Part shown: positions 1-6,829 of the stretch, piece by piece | Layout: each line of letters begins with the position of its first letter | Numbering within the stretch: the stretch's first letter is position 1 | Source: a virus | Lineage: Duplodnaviria; Caudoviricetes | DNA length: 61,359 nucleotides | Virus record (IMG/VR): IMGVR_UViG_3300035190_000963 | Span: 1 to 61,359 of that record | Direction: 5' to 3' (one strand) | Made by a program: the position numbers and the translations under genes | The notes under the pieces: model-generated | Seen by the model: only the letters and a program-made list of their open reading frames with translations | The model's database searches: none | What the model was told of the DNA's origin: nothing

Positions 1-69
1 GACGGGAATCGAACCTCGTGGCACAAGAAATTTCCGTTTCTCTGCTCTACCTACTGAGCTACCTCAACC
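1..69 (-). ncRNA. tRNA-like element, truncated by the window edge, with a degenerate anticodon arm
   Basis: Minus strand GGTTGAGG-TAGCTCAGTAGGTAGAGC (D arm) ... GGTTCGATTCC (T loop). The anticodon arm does not form a canonical 5-bp/7-nt structure. Confidence 0.6.
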
Positions 70-77
70 ATTTTTTG

Positions 78-158
78 TACCCCCTGTAGGATTCGAACCT
101 ACATGCTAATTTGCGATAGTTTCTAAAACTATTGTGTCTACCATTCCACCAAGGGGGC
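78..158 (-). tRNA. tRNA-Leu(TAG)
   Basis: Cloverleaf; anticodon arm ATAGT-TTTAGAA-ACTAT; long variable arm; GGTTCGAATCC. Confidence 0.93.
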
Positions 159-166
159 AATTGTTG

Positions 167-240
167 TGGTCCTCACAGGAATCGAACCTGTTACCTAATG
201 ATTATGAGTCATTTGCTCTAACCAAATGAGCTAGAGGACC
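167..240 (-). tRNA. tRNA-CAT, probably Ile2 (lysidine, reads AUA)
   Basis: Anticodon arm AATGA-CTCATAA-TCATT. Ile2 rather than Met is inferred from the GGTCCTC/TAGCTCA start and from two other CAT tRNAs in the window. Confidence 0.85.
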
Positions 241-251
241 TTTAATTATTG

Positions 252-335
252 TACCTCGAATAGGACTCGAACCTATACGACCTTTCAGGTCACCACATCT
301 TAAGCGTGGCGTGTCTACCATTTCACCACCGAGGC
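252..335 (-). tRNA. tRNA-Leu(TAA)
   Basis: Anticodon arm CCACG-CTTAAGA-TGTGG; variable arm GACCT-GAA-AGGTC. Confidence 0.93.
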
Positions 336-406
336 GTTTTATTTCTCAAATAACAACACAAAGATAATCAATATTTTACAAAAAGACAAATCTTTGTTTA
401 TTTTTT

Positions 407-497
407 TGGTCACTCTTCAGCATTCTACTTCCAGCTCCGAGAAATTGTATCTAACTTAGCCCGTCTCACCGCTGTACGGGTACTGAAGTTGATGACC
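407..497 (-). ncRNA. Structured small RNA with paired termini and an encoded 3' CCA
   Basis: GGTCA..CTTCAG pairs with CTGAAG..TGACC-A; internal hairpin CCCGT...ACGGG. Confidence 0.5.
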
Positions 498-499
498 TT

Positions 500-601
500 T
501 GTTGTTAGGATGGGACTCGAACCCACAATGAAAACCCGTCTCGGGTACCATAACCGTTTCGGCTTAAAGGATTGACTCCTTGGACTATTTTCTACCTAAC
601 A
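500..601 (-). ncRNA. tRNA-like RNA: acceptor stem and T arm with a three-hairpin core
   Basis: TGTTAGG/CCTAACA stem; GTGGG-TTCGAGT-CCCAT T arm; GAAAA/TTTTC encloses AAGGA..TCCTT, AGCCG..CGGTT and ACCCG..CGGGT. Confidence 0.65.
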
Positions 602-820
602 ATTCCCCACTCTGAGAATCCGAGTGAGTAGTTATATCGGTTTATTACTGTTTGAAAAACCTGTCGGGCATCCCCTATTAAAAAGTCAACCGTTACTGGG
701 AGCAAGGACGATTCTCCAGCTTTATTCCCACGAGACTGGCGTTTAAGGATGTCCAGTCCAATACCCTATCCATTGTTAAATGAGTCTTGGATTAAAGACT
801 GCTGAGTATCTCTTACTCAT

Positions 821-893
821 TGTAGTGTAGAAAGGAATTGAACCTTTAATCTTCCGAATAACTTCAGGGCTTTAACCATTAAGCTACTACACT
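821..893 (-). ncRNA. tRNA-like RNA with a 4-nt loop in place of the anticodon loop
   Basis: AGTGTAG/CTACACT acceptor; GCTT..AAGC D arm; CTGAA-GTTA-TTCGG; AAAGG-TTCAATT-CCTTT. Confidence 0.7.
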
Positions 894-1004
894 ATGTCCC
901 AAACTTCACTTAACACGTCTGTTAAGGGGTGTCGTGCACCGTACACCATAATCAATTCGGAAGTTTCGAACCTTCCAGTTTCAGGATAATTAATCCTGAG
1001 ATTT

Positions 1005-1188
1005 GAAATCATGGACAGGATTCGAACCTGTATTCTCATGGATTGACAACTTCCACTTGTACTGAGAATCTACGATGATTTTGAAATTGTACTTCTTTCT
1101 AATCATCAGCTACCTACTCATCACCTTGTCATTCGCTTCGTGTAGGTCATTGCTAATTGTAGTGCGTCTACCGTTTCGCCACCAGATT
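1005..1188 (-). ncRNA. tRNA-scaffold RNA with an expanded branched insert replacing the anticodon loop
   Basis: AATCTGG-TGGCGAAACGGTAGACGC D arm; CTAC..GTAG encloses ACCTAC/GTAGGT and GATGATT/AATCATC hairpins; long ATTCTCA/TGAGAAT variable arm; ACAGG-TTCGAAT-CCTGT. Confidence 0.7.
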
Positions 1189-1345
1189 ATATTTTATTCA
1201 AAGAACTTGAGTACAAAAATATGAGTTTTTTTTGGAACTACCAAAATTTTTTTCATATATAATTTTTTAATTAATAACACCCTGATTTATCCAACTTACA
1301 GGTGTTAAGGCTGTCCCCATTTTTGGGTTAGGAATAATCATTCGT

Positions 1346-1439
1346 CCTCACGAGGTCGAGCTGACTTGCTCAAGAGTTATCCCCATCCACTCTTATGTAG
1401 GTTCCCATACGGACATCACTCCGTTTCTCATCGTGTAGG
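1346..1439 (-). ncRNA. Multibranch structured RNA
   Basis: CCT(A)CACGA/TCGTGAGG closing stem with ACGGA/TCCGT, AAGAGT/ACTCTT and GAGC/GCTC hairpins. Confidence 0.45.
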
Positions 1440-1469
1440 GCACACTATCCGTTGTCGTGTTTCGGAACG

Positions 1470-1616
1470 TGTAATCAGGACAGGACTCGAACCTGTATGT
1501 ATCAATTAAAAATGTCGTCTTACTAAACATAACGCAAGACCGTCTATTATGATATGCGAGAGCCTAATTCGCATTTGATACTACATTTTAGCGTCTACCA
1601 GTTCCGCCACCTGACT
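1470..1616 (-). ncRNA. tRNA-scaffold RNA with a branched insert replacing the anticodon loop
   Basis: AGTCAGG/CCTGATT acceptor; GGCGGAACTGGTAGACGC D arm; AAAATGT/ACATTTT encloses ATGCGA/TCGCAT and GTCTTGC/GTAAGAC; ACAGG-TTCGAGT-CCTGT. Confidence 0.75.
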
Positions 1617-1617
1617 A

Positions 1618-1746
1618 TGTTGAGGATGAGAAGTCCTCTGTGTTGTCTGTACTGTTTTACCCATCATTAAAATGACCACCTTTTTTATTAAAGTCAGTTT
1701 CATACATAGCATCTGTTCAGTCTTCCTTTCTCAAGGGAACAACACA
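1618..1746 (-). ncRNA. Structured RNA with a potential kissing-loop pseudoknot
   Basis: TGTGTTGT/ACAACACA stem; TTCC-CTTGAGAAA-GGAA and GAGGA-CTTCTCA-TCCTC hairpins with complementary loops (TGAGAA/TTCTCA). Confidence 0.55.
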
Positions 1747-1751
1747 TTTTT

Positions 1752-1846
1752 TGAAATTGTTCAGTTAGACCATCTCTCCGCTATTACGGACATTCTGCAT
1801 AAACTGGTTTTCGTACAGATAGTCTGCACTCGGCCTTACAATTTCA
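1752..1846 (-). ncRNA. Structured small RNA (three-way junction)
   Basis: 9-bp terminal stem TGAAATTGT/ACAATTTCA; inner TGCAGACT/AGTTT(A)TGCA and TCCG/CGGA. Confidence 0.45.
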
Positions 1847-2210
1847 TTTAAACATCCCACTCAATGCTCGGTATTAACACATTTAGGGATGTCAACCCCA
1901 CTTTACTCAAATGGGGGGTGATACCGAATTAAGTTAGATAGTGTTGGGATACCCGTCTCGTCCCAATCTTAACAGCTTTATTTAAGTTTTACGAAGCTTC
2001 GGCTGAGGGTGCTGTACACTATGAACCTTACAACTACTTTGTCGACTTTCATTGTAAGAGTGACCACTATCTATATTTTTAAAGGAAAACAGAAGATGGT
2101 CGAGTGGACATCTGTTTTTACGAACGGCATTACTATGTTGGTTTCAACTCCGAAGGTAATCACCAACCACCAACAGGTGTCTTATCCTTCATTCCCCATT
2201 CAACCCTATT

Positions 2211-2295
2211 TTTCAAAGAACTTCTTATATATTGGGGGACAGGTCACCAACTAACCAACACAAACCTGTCCCCCTCAAATCTGAATACAAAGTTA
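2211..2295 (-). promoter_or_regulatory. Host-type promoter, hairpin and boxA-like site heading the ncRNA block
   Basis: TAACTTTG (-7 box) near 2288-2295; 11-bp hairpin at 2234-2274; GTTCTTTGAAA at 2211-2221. Confidence 0.6.
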
Positions 2296-2338
2296 CAAAA
2301 TATTTTTCAATTCTCCAAACCTTTCACAAAAAAAATTA

Positions 2339-2662
2339 TTATTCATCATCGTCATCAAAATTAAAATCATCATTTTCAGAAAATGTAAAATCTTCCATTT
2401 GTTCATCACTGAATTGTTGAATATACAAACCAAGATTTTTCTTGAAGTCATATCCTAATGAAATCAAATCTTCGGTTAGTTTTTCCCATTCAGGATATTT
2501 GTTTCCATAATAAGATAAGTTCTTATCCAAGTCAGACATGTACATATAAAAAGACCACATCGGAATTTCCATTGAACTATTGTTATCCAAAGTTAAAATG
2601 AATGTACTTTCTTCATATTCCGTGAAGTTAAACTCAAAGTTTTTTATTGTTCTCGAATTCAT
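2339..2662 (-). CDS. Hypothetical protein, acidic C-terminus
   Basis: 107-aa ORF with AT-rich codon usage typical of the window. Confidence 0.7.
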   Translation of the reverse strand: MNSRTIKNFEFNFTEYEESTFILTLDNNSSMEIPMWSFYMYMSDLDKNLSYYGNKYPEWEKLTEDLISLGYDFKKNLGLYIQQFSDEQMEDFTFSENDDFNFDDDDE

Positions 2663-2707
2663 AAAACAAATCTAAAAATAATTTTTGTAATAATCAATTT
2701 TTTTTTG

Positions 2708-2779
2708 AGCACCAAGAGAATTACGATATCTCGACCTGCGGTTTGGAAAACCGCCGCTCTACCTCTGAGCTATTGGTGC
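2708..2779 (-). tRNA. tRNA-Gly(TCC)
   Basis: Anticodon arm GCGGT-TTTCCAA-ACCGC; atypical T loop ATCGTAA. Confidence 0.85.
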
Positions 2780-3577
2780 ATTTATTTTAGATATAATATT
2801 CAAAATTTCTTTTTCATATTGTTTTTTCAATAAAGGTTTAACATCAAATCTAATAATGTTGTGATATTTTTTTATAATATTTTCTCTAGTAATTTCCTTA
2901 TTACTATTTTTATCATGCCATTGTTCACCGTCTATTTCAACCACTAAATTTATTGATGGGAAATAAAAATCAACATAATATTTCTCAACAGGATATTGAG
3001 TAAAAAAATCATAATCTTTAATTAAATTATTACTTGTTAAAAATTCCCTAAAAAATCTTTCAGGATATGTTTCATTTATCTTAGAACATCTCCTATTTGG
3101 ATGACTTTCAGGATTATTTTTATACCTCTCAATTATCTTACTTCTTATTTTTTCTTTTACTATTTCTGAATTATAAGAACATTTTTTTGAACAATATATA
3201 TGATGACTTTTTTTAACTTTTTTCCCACAATTTAAACATTCTTTTCTTTCTTTTAAAACACAATTTTTCAAATTTGAGTTTTTAATTTTTTTCTTAGTTT
3301 CTTCAGACAAAATTCTTTTTCTGTTATTGAAAGACACTCCGCAGCTTCTACCACAAAATTTCCTATCATCTGAAACATGACTTTCAAAAATTTGATGACA
3401 ATTTAAACATTCTTTTTTTATTTTAGTTTCTTCTTTAGATTTTTTAAAACCTAATCTTAAACATCTACTTGTTACTGAACGATAAGTGGTATTCAGTATT
3501 TCACTAATTTCTTTGTAATTTTTTTTGTTATTCAATAGTTCTAATAACAAATTATCTTTTTCATTGTTCCATTTCAT
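2759..3577 (-). CDS. Putative homing endonuclease: N-terminal HTH, Cys-rich Zn motifs, C-terminal DUF559/Vsr-like PD-(D/E)xK domain
   Basis: CLNC..FCGRSC repeats; YYVDFYFP..VVEIDGEQWH motif. Confidence 0.75.
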   Translation of the reverse strand: MKWNNEKDNLLLELLNNKKNYKEISEILNTTYRSVTSRCLRLGFKKSKEETKIKKECLNCHQIFESHVSDDRKFCGRSCGVSFNNRKRILSEETKKKIKNSNLKNCVLKERKECLNCGKKVKKSHHIYCSKKCSYNSEIVKEKIRSKIIERYKNNPESHPNRRCSKINETYPERFFREFLTSNNLIKDYDFFTQYPVEKYYVDFYFPSINLVVEIDGEQWHDKNSNKEITRENIIKKYHNIIRFDVKPLLKKQYEKEILNIISKINAPIAQR

Positions 3578-3641
3578 ATATTATAAATATATGTAAAAAG
3601 AGTAAAAGTTAATAATCGAACTATGTTTTTACTTAAAATTG

Positions 3642-3714
3642 AGCGGATGGCCGAGTATGATTCGGCAACCCCTACCTTGGCAAGGTAGTGCTCTACCAAT
3701 TGAGCTACATCCGC
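3642..3714 (-). tRNA. tRNA-Gly(GCC)
   Basis: CTACC-TTGCCAA-GGTAG; atypical T loop ATCATAC. Confidence 0.88.
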
Positions 3715-3720
3715 AAAAAC

Positions 3721-3800
3721 AAGATGGGTCGTGGACTTGTATACCACTTTTGTCCCCCTTTAATTAAATCACTAACCCTGGGTGTAGGAAAACTCATCTT
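3721..3800 (-). ncRNA. Structured spacer RNA between tRNAs
   Basis: AAGATGAGT/ACCCATCTT terminal stem; GTGG..CCAC inner hairpin. Confidence 0.4.
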
Positions 3801-3803
3801 TAG

Positions 3804-3877
3804 TGGAGAGTTAGGGAATTGAACCCTACTCACGATGATTGCAAATCATTGTCGCCAGCCTTGGTACATGACCCCCC
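3804..3877 (-). tRNA. tRNA-Ala(TGC)
   Basis: ATGA-TTTGCAA-TCAT; G3:U70 identity pair present. Confidence 0.88.
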
Positions 3878-3888
3878 ATTTATTTGTG

Positions 3889-3960
3889 TTGCGGTAAGTG
3901 GGTTCGAACCACTGACCTTGAGATTATGAGACTCACGAGCTACCACCGCTCTATCCCACA
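3889..3960 (-). tRNA. tRNA-Met(CAT), initiator-like
   Basis: TGAGT-CTCATAA-TCTCA; GAGC/GCTC D stem (A11:U24, typical of initiators). Confidence 0.85.
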
Positions 3961-3965
3961 ATTTG

Positions 3966-4038
3966 CGGCTCCAACGGGATTCGAACCCGTACCACGCACC
4001 GTGACAGGGTGGTATTGTGACCATTCAACCATAGAGCC
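3966..4038 (-). tRNA. tRNA-Asp(GTC)
   Basis: CACC-CTGTCAC-GGTG; G73 discriminator. Confidence 0.92.
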
Positions 4039-4060
4039 GTCTTTAATAATACAAATATAC

Positions 4061-4079
4061 AACCAATATGTCAAAGAAC
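4061..4079 (-). promoter_or_regulatory. boxA-like antitermination site (array 1)
   Basis: GTTCTTTGACATATTGGTT, identical to 7703-7721; resembles rrn boxA. Confidence 0.65.
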
Positions 4080-4089
4080 CAAATTTTTT

Positions 4090-4128
4090 AAAACAAAAAA
4101 CCCATCTTTTTTTAGGAGATGGGTTTTT
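4090..4128 (-). terminator. Intrinsic terminator of attenuator 1
   Basis: AAAAACCCATCT-CCTAAAAAA-AGATGGGTTTTTTGTTTT. Confidence 0.85.
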
Positions 4129-4152
4129 ACATTTTATATGTTAATGTCTACT

Positions 4153-4233
4153 TTACATAATACCATTTCCTACCGAGTAGATTAAATCCGATTCAGTCCC
4201 GCCTAAAAGTGTTATTATGTTTAAAGTTTTCAC
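4153..4233 (-). CDS. Putative attenuator leader peptide 1, MKTLNIITLLGGTESDLIYSVGNGIM (26 aa, GTG start)
   Basis: ORF ends about 25 nt before the terminator; its 3' part TAGGAAATGG is complementary (9/10) to the terminator 5' arm and loop CCATCTCCTA. Confidence 0.7.
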   Translation of the reverse strand: MKTLNIITLLGGTESDLIYSVGNGIM

Positions 4234-4324
4234 CTGTTTTAACTATTTTAGAATAAATATATCAAAGTTTTGAAAAGTTTCAAGTCCCTCAGATAATTTT
4301 TTTATTTTATACCTCTGTCGCAAA

Positions 4325-4363
4325 GGGGAAACGGGTCACCAACACCTATATACCCGTCCCCCC
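4325..4363 (-). promoter_or_regulatory. GC-rich hairpin similar to 2234-2274
   Basis: GGGGACGGGT..GTTGGTG-ACCCGT(TT)CCCC; shares GTTGGTGACC with the 2234 hairpin. Confidence 0.45.
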
Positions 4364-4373
4364 AAATACAACT

Positions 4374-4760
4374 TTAATTCATTACATACGCATTACATGC
4401 CCAAGTCTTAGCATTTACCGCTTTATATTGGTCTTGATTGTAAAGATTGGTATTTAAAAATGCACTATTGATATCACCAACCTTTACGTTTTTCAATATC
4501 TCCTCATCAATCAATATGATGTTTTTACCCTTCATGGCGAAAACCGTTAACCAGTTATTTGACCCCTCAGGTTTGAACTCAATGGTTTGAAGAGCTCCTT
4601 TTTTGAATCCGTTGAATACAGACATTACGTCTTTCCAATATTCATTTTCTACATTTGTGTGAAAACCCGCTTTCACTTTTACAATCGCTCTGAAATTACC
4701 AGAACGACCATTGATGAAATTTGCAGTGTGTAATCCCGAGATGTTGATGATGTTTGACAT
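4374..4760 (-). CDS. Hypothetical protein
   Basis: 128-aa ORF. Confidence 0.7.
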   Translation of the reverse strand: MSNIINISGLHTANFINGRSGNFRAIVKVKAGFHTNVENEYWKDVMSVFNGFKKGALQTIEFKPEGSNNWLTVFAMKGKNIILIDEEILKNVKVGDINSAFLNTNLYNQDQYKAVNAKTWACNAYVMN

Positions 4761-4789
4761 AGTTCGTTTGTTTTAGTAGGACAAATATA

Positions 4790-5194
4790 CTACTTTTTTT
4801 TGGATTTCAAAAACTTTTTCCAAATTATTTTTTTGTGTTCACTCGCAACCCGTCTAGCCTCAATCTCAAAAGGATGATTATTATACCCATACTCCTCAAG
4901 TAATGACATGTATTTAGTTCTACAAGGTTGTAAAGAATGAGTGTATTCGTGAACAAATGTTTCAATAAATTTACATATGTCCTTGGTGTTTTTATAATAA
5001 ACCCTTATTTCATTTATACATGGTCTGTATTCACCAAAATTTATAGTATTCTCCTCATCTGTTATTACGATGCTAAGTCCTCTCTTTTTTCTTGAGTTAT
5101 AACCAAAAACATCCATACAGTATTGCAAAGCAAACTTAATGATTTGGAGTCTTTGTCTTCTTGTTAACTTATTGACAGATGAATTTATCCTCAT
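4790..5194 (-). CDS. Putative zincin metallopeptidase
   Basis: HEYTH motif and PFEIEA downstream Glu; TATCTTTG promoter upstream. Confidence 0.6.
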   Translation of the reverse strand: MRINSSVNKLTRRQRLQIIKFALQYCMDVFGYNSRKKRGLSIVITDEENTINFGEYRPCINEIRVYYKNTKDICKFIETFVHEYTHSLQPCRTKYMSLLEEYGYNNHPFEIEARRVASEHKKIIWKKFLKSKKK

Positions 5195-5320
5195 GATGCA
5201 AAGATATATTCTTTTTTTGAATCTGCCAAATTATTGGTGAGAAAAATTTACAAGTCTTAGGAGTCCTATTATTCTCTTCTTTATCCTTCGAGATGGGGAG
5301 GGATGGACTTGTAAAATTAG

Positions 5321-5405
5321 CTGACAGGATGGGACTCGAACCCATGATGGAGTTTTAACTCGTTTGGTTAACAGCCAAATGCTCTCGCCGCTGAGCGACC
5401 TGCCA
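5321..5405 (-). tRNA. tRNA-Asn(GTT) with an extra variable arm
   Basis: TTTGG-CTGTTAA-CCAAA; GAGTT-AA-AACTC extra arm. Confidence 0.88.
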
Positions 5406-5412
5406 ATTTTAG

Positions 5413-5485
5413 CATAGGTGACAGGATTCGAACCTGTGACATTTCTTTTGGAGAGAAATATGATAAACCACTTCACCACACCTAC
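5413..5485 (-). tRNA. tRNA-Trp(CCA)
   Basis: TTTCT-CTCCAAA-AGAAA. Confidence 0.9.
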
Positions 5486-5487
5486 AT

Positions 5488-5709
5488 TTACTTCCATTGA
5501 GTTTTACGATTATACTTCCAAGTTCTAAACATCCTAACCTGATACTTGAATAACCTCTTATTTGGGTTTTTAAACCCTTTTCTATATTTAGGATACTCAA
5601 CAATACCATCATCCCAATACATAGGATATTCGTAGTTTAAAAGTACTATAAAATACTCTCTGCTGTTTGTTGCTTTGTTCAGTTTTGCTCTGTTTCTGTG
5701 TTTTGACAT
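5488..5709 (-). CDS. Small basic hypothetical protein within the tRNA array
   Basis: 73-aa ORF. Confidence 0.6.
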   Translation of the reverse strand: MSKHRNRAKLNKATNSREYFIVLLNYEYPMYWDDGIVEYPKYRKGFKNPNKRLFKYQVRMFRTWKYNRKTQWK

Positions 5710-5739
5710 ATCTATTGGTTTTAAACCTAATAGAAGTCC

Positions 5740-6426
5740 TTACTTTTTTTCATAATTTTTAAATTTTAAAAAGTTCTTTTTAAATGTTTTCTTCAAGATT
5801 ATTGATGATTCTTTCCATGTTGAATGAGGTACCGTTGATAAATAAGCTTGAATCTCATCATCAATTATACTTTTAATATCAACATATCCCATTTTAACCA
5901 ATTCTTTATTTAAATAGTTATAAGTTTTTGTGGGAATTGTTTTAATAATCTCATTCACTTCCAACTTATATTCAGGATTTGTATAATATAATCCGTGAGC
6001 AATTTCGTGGTCCATAACATCGGAACTTAATTTATCAGCACCAATTAAATAGAACTTTTCATTTTTAGAATGTTTATCACAACAAGAAATAATATCTGCC
6101 ATAACATCATCATATAAATTATTAGTTTTAAAAAAAACTTTCTGACCTTTTTTTAGAACATCGGATGGAATATTATAACCCGCCCAATCTGCAGGATATG
6201 TGAACATTCCTGATTTATTTTTCTTAACATATGTCCTCATAAGTTCTTCCAAAGTAAATTCTTTATTTCTAATCTCAGGAAATGGTGACTCATAAAATTC
6301 TTGATATCTGCAGAACAACATACCTCTATCATAATCGTTTTTAACAATAACGGCATATATGTGGGGCATAATTTTATTAATTGAACCTGACACCACTTTT
6401 GACTTAAAAGATTTTAATTTTTTCAT
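5740..6426 (-). CDS. Putative HExxH metalloprotein
   Basis: DHEIAH..DEIQAY; TATCTTTG promoter upstream. Confidence 0.6.
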   Translation of the reverse strand: MKKLKSFKSKVVSGSINKIMPHIYAVIVKNDYDRGMLFCRYQEFYESPFPEIRNKEFTLEELMRTYVKKNKSGMFTYPADWAGYNIPSDVLKKGQKVFFKTNNLYDDVMADIISCCDKHSKNEKFYLIGADKLSSDVMDHEIAHGLYYTNPEYKLEVNEIIKTIPTKTYNYLNKELVKMGYVDIKSIIDDEIQAYLSTVPHSTWKESSIILKKTFKKNFLKFKNYEKK

Positions 6427-6488
6427 AATTTATTTATTTCTGAAACAAAGATATCTTTTTTTTCTTGATTTACCAAACATTTTTTTTG

Positions 6489-6562
6489 AGTCCAAAGTTG
6501 GGTTCGAACCAACGAATACTTGTTTTGCAGACAAGCCCCTTAAACCACTTGGGTATTTGGAC
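6489..6562 (-). tRNA. tRNA-Cys(GCA)
   Basis: CTTGT-CTGCAAA-ACAAG; U73. Confidence 0.92.
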
Positions 6563-6569
6563 ATTTTAG

Positions 6570-6655
6570 TGACGCAAGTGGGACTCGAACCCACAACGGC
6601 ATTACGCTCCCTTCGCATTAAAAGTGCGAAGCTCTACCAATTGAGCTATTGCGTC
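6570..6655 (-). tRNA. tRNA-Lys(TTT) with an enlarged variable region
   Basis: TCGCA-CTTTTAA-TGCGA; variable region of about 18 nt. Confidence 0.88.
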
Positions 6656-6661
6656 ATTTTG

Positions 6662-6736
6662 TCGTCTCGGATGGACTTGAACCATCGACTTTCATCGTAT
6701 CAGGATGACACTCTAATCCAACTGAGTTACGAGACG
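6662..6736 (-). tRNA. tRNA-Ile(GAT)
   Basis: TCATC-CTGATAC-GATGA. Confidence 0.92.
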
Positions 6737-6741
6737 AATTG

Positions 6742-6817
6742 TAGAGTAGACAGGACTTGAACCTGCAATAATGTCCTTGTCCCAAACAAGGCGACTTACC
6801 AATTAGTCTACTACTCT
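6742..6817 (-). tRNA. tRNA-Pro(TGG)
   Basis: CCTTG-TTTGGGA-CAAGG. Confidence 0.9.
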
Positions 6818-6829
6818 ATATATTTTTTG

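Noticed and set aside
1070-1115. CTGATGA..GAAA on the minus strand, suggesting a hammerhead ribozyme
   Set aside because: Stem II and the NUH cleavage triplet with stems I and III cannot be formed; GATGATT pairs better with AATCATC
1005-1616. Self-splicing introns in tRNA anticodon loops
   Set aside because: The inserts are far shorter than group I or II introns, and removing them does not obviously restore a 7-nt anticodon loop
2009-2420. Plus-strand ORFs 2009-2254, 2104-2364 and 2232-2420
   Set aside because: Antisense to the structured RNA block and its promoter; no recognisable protein features
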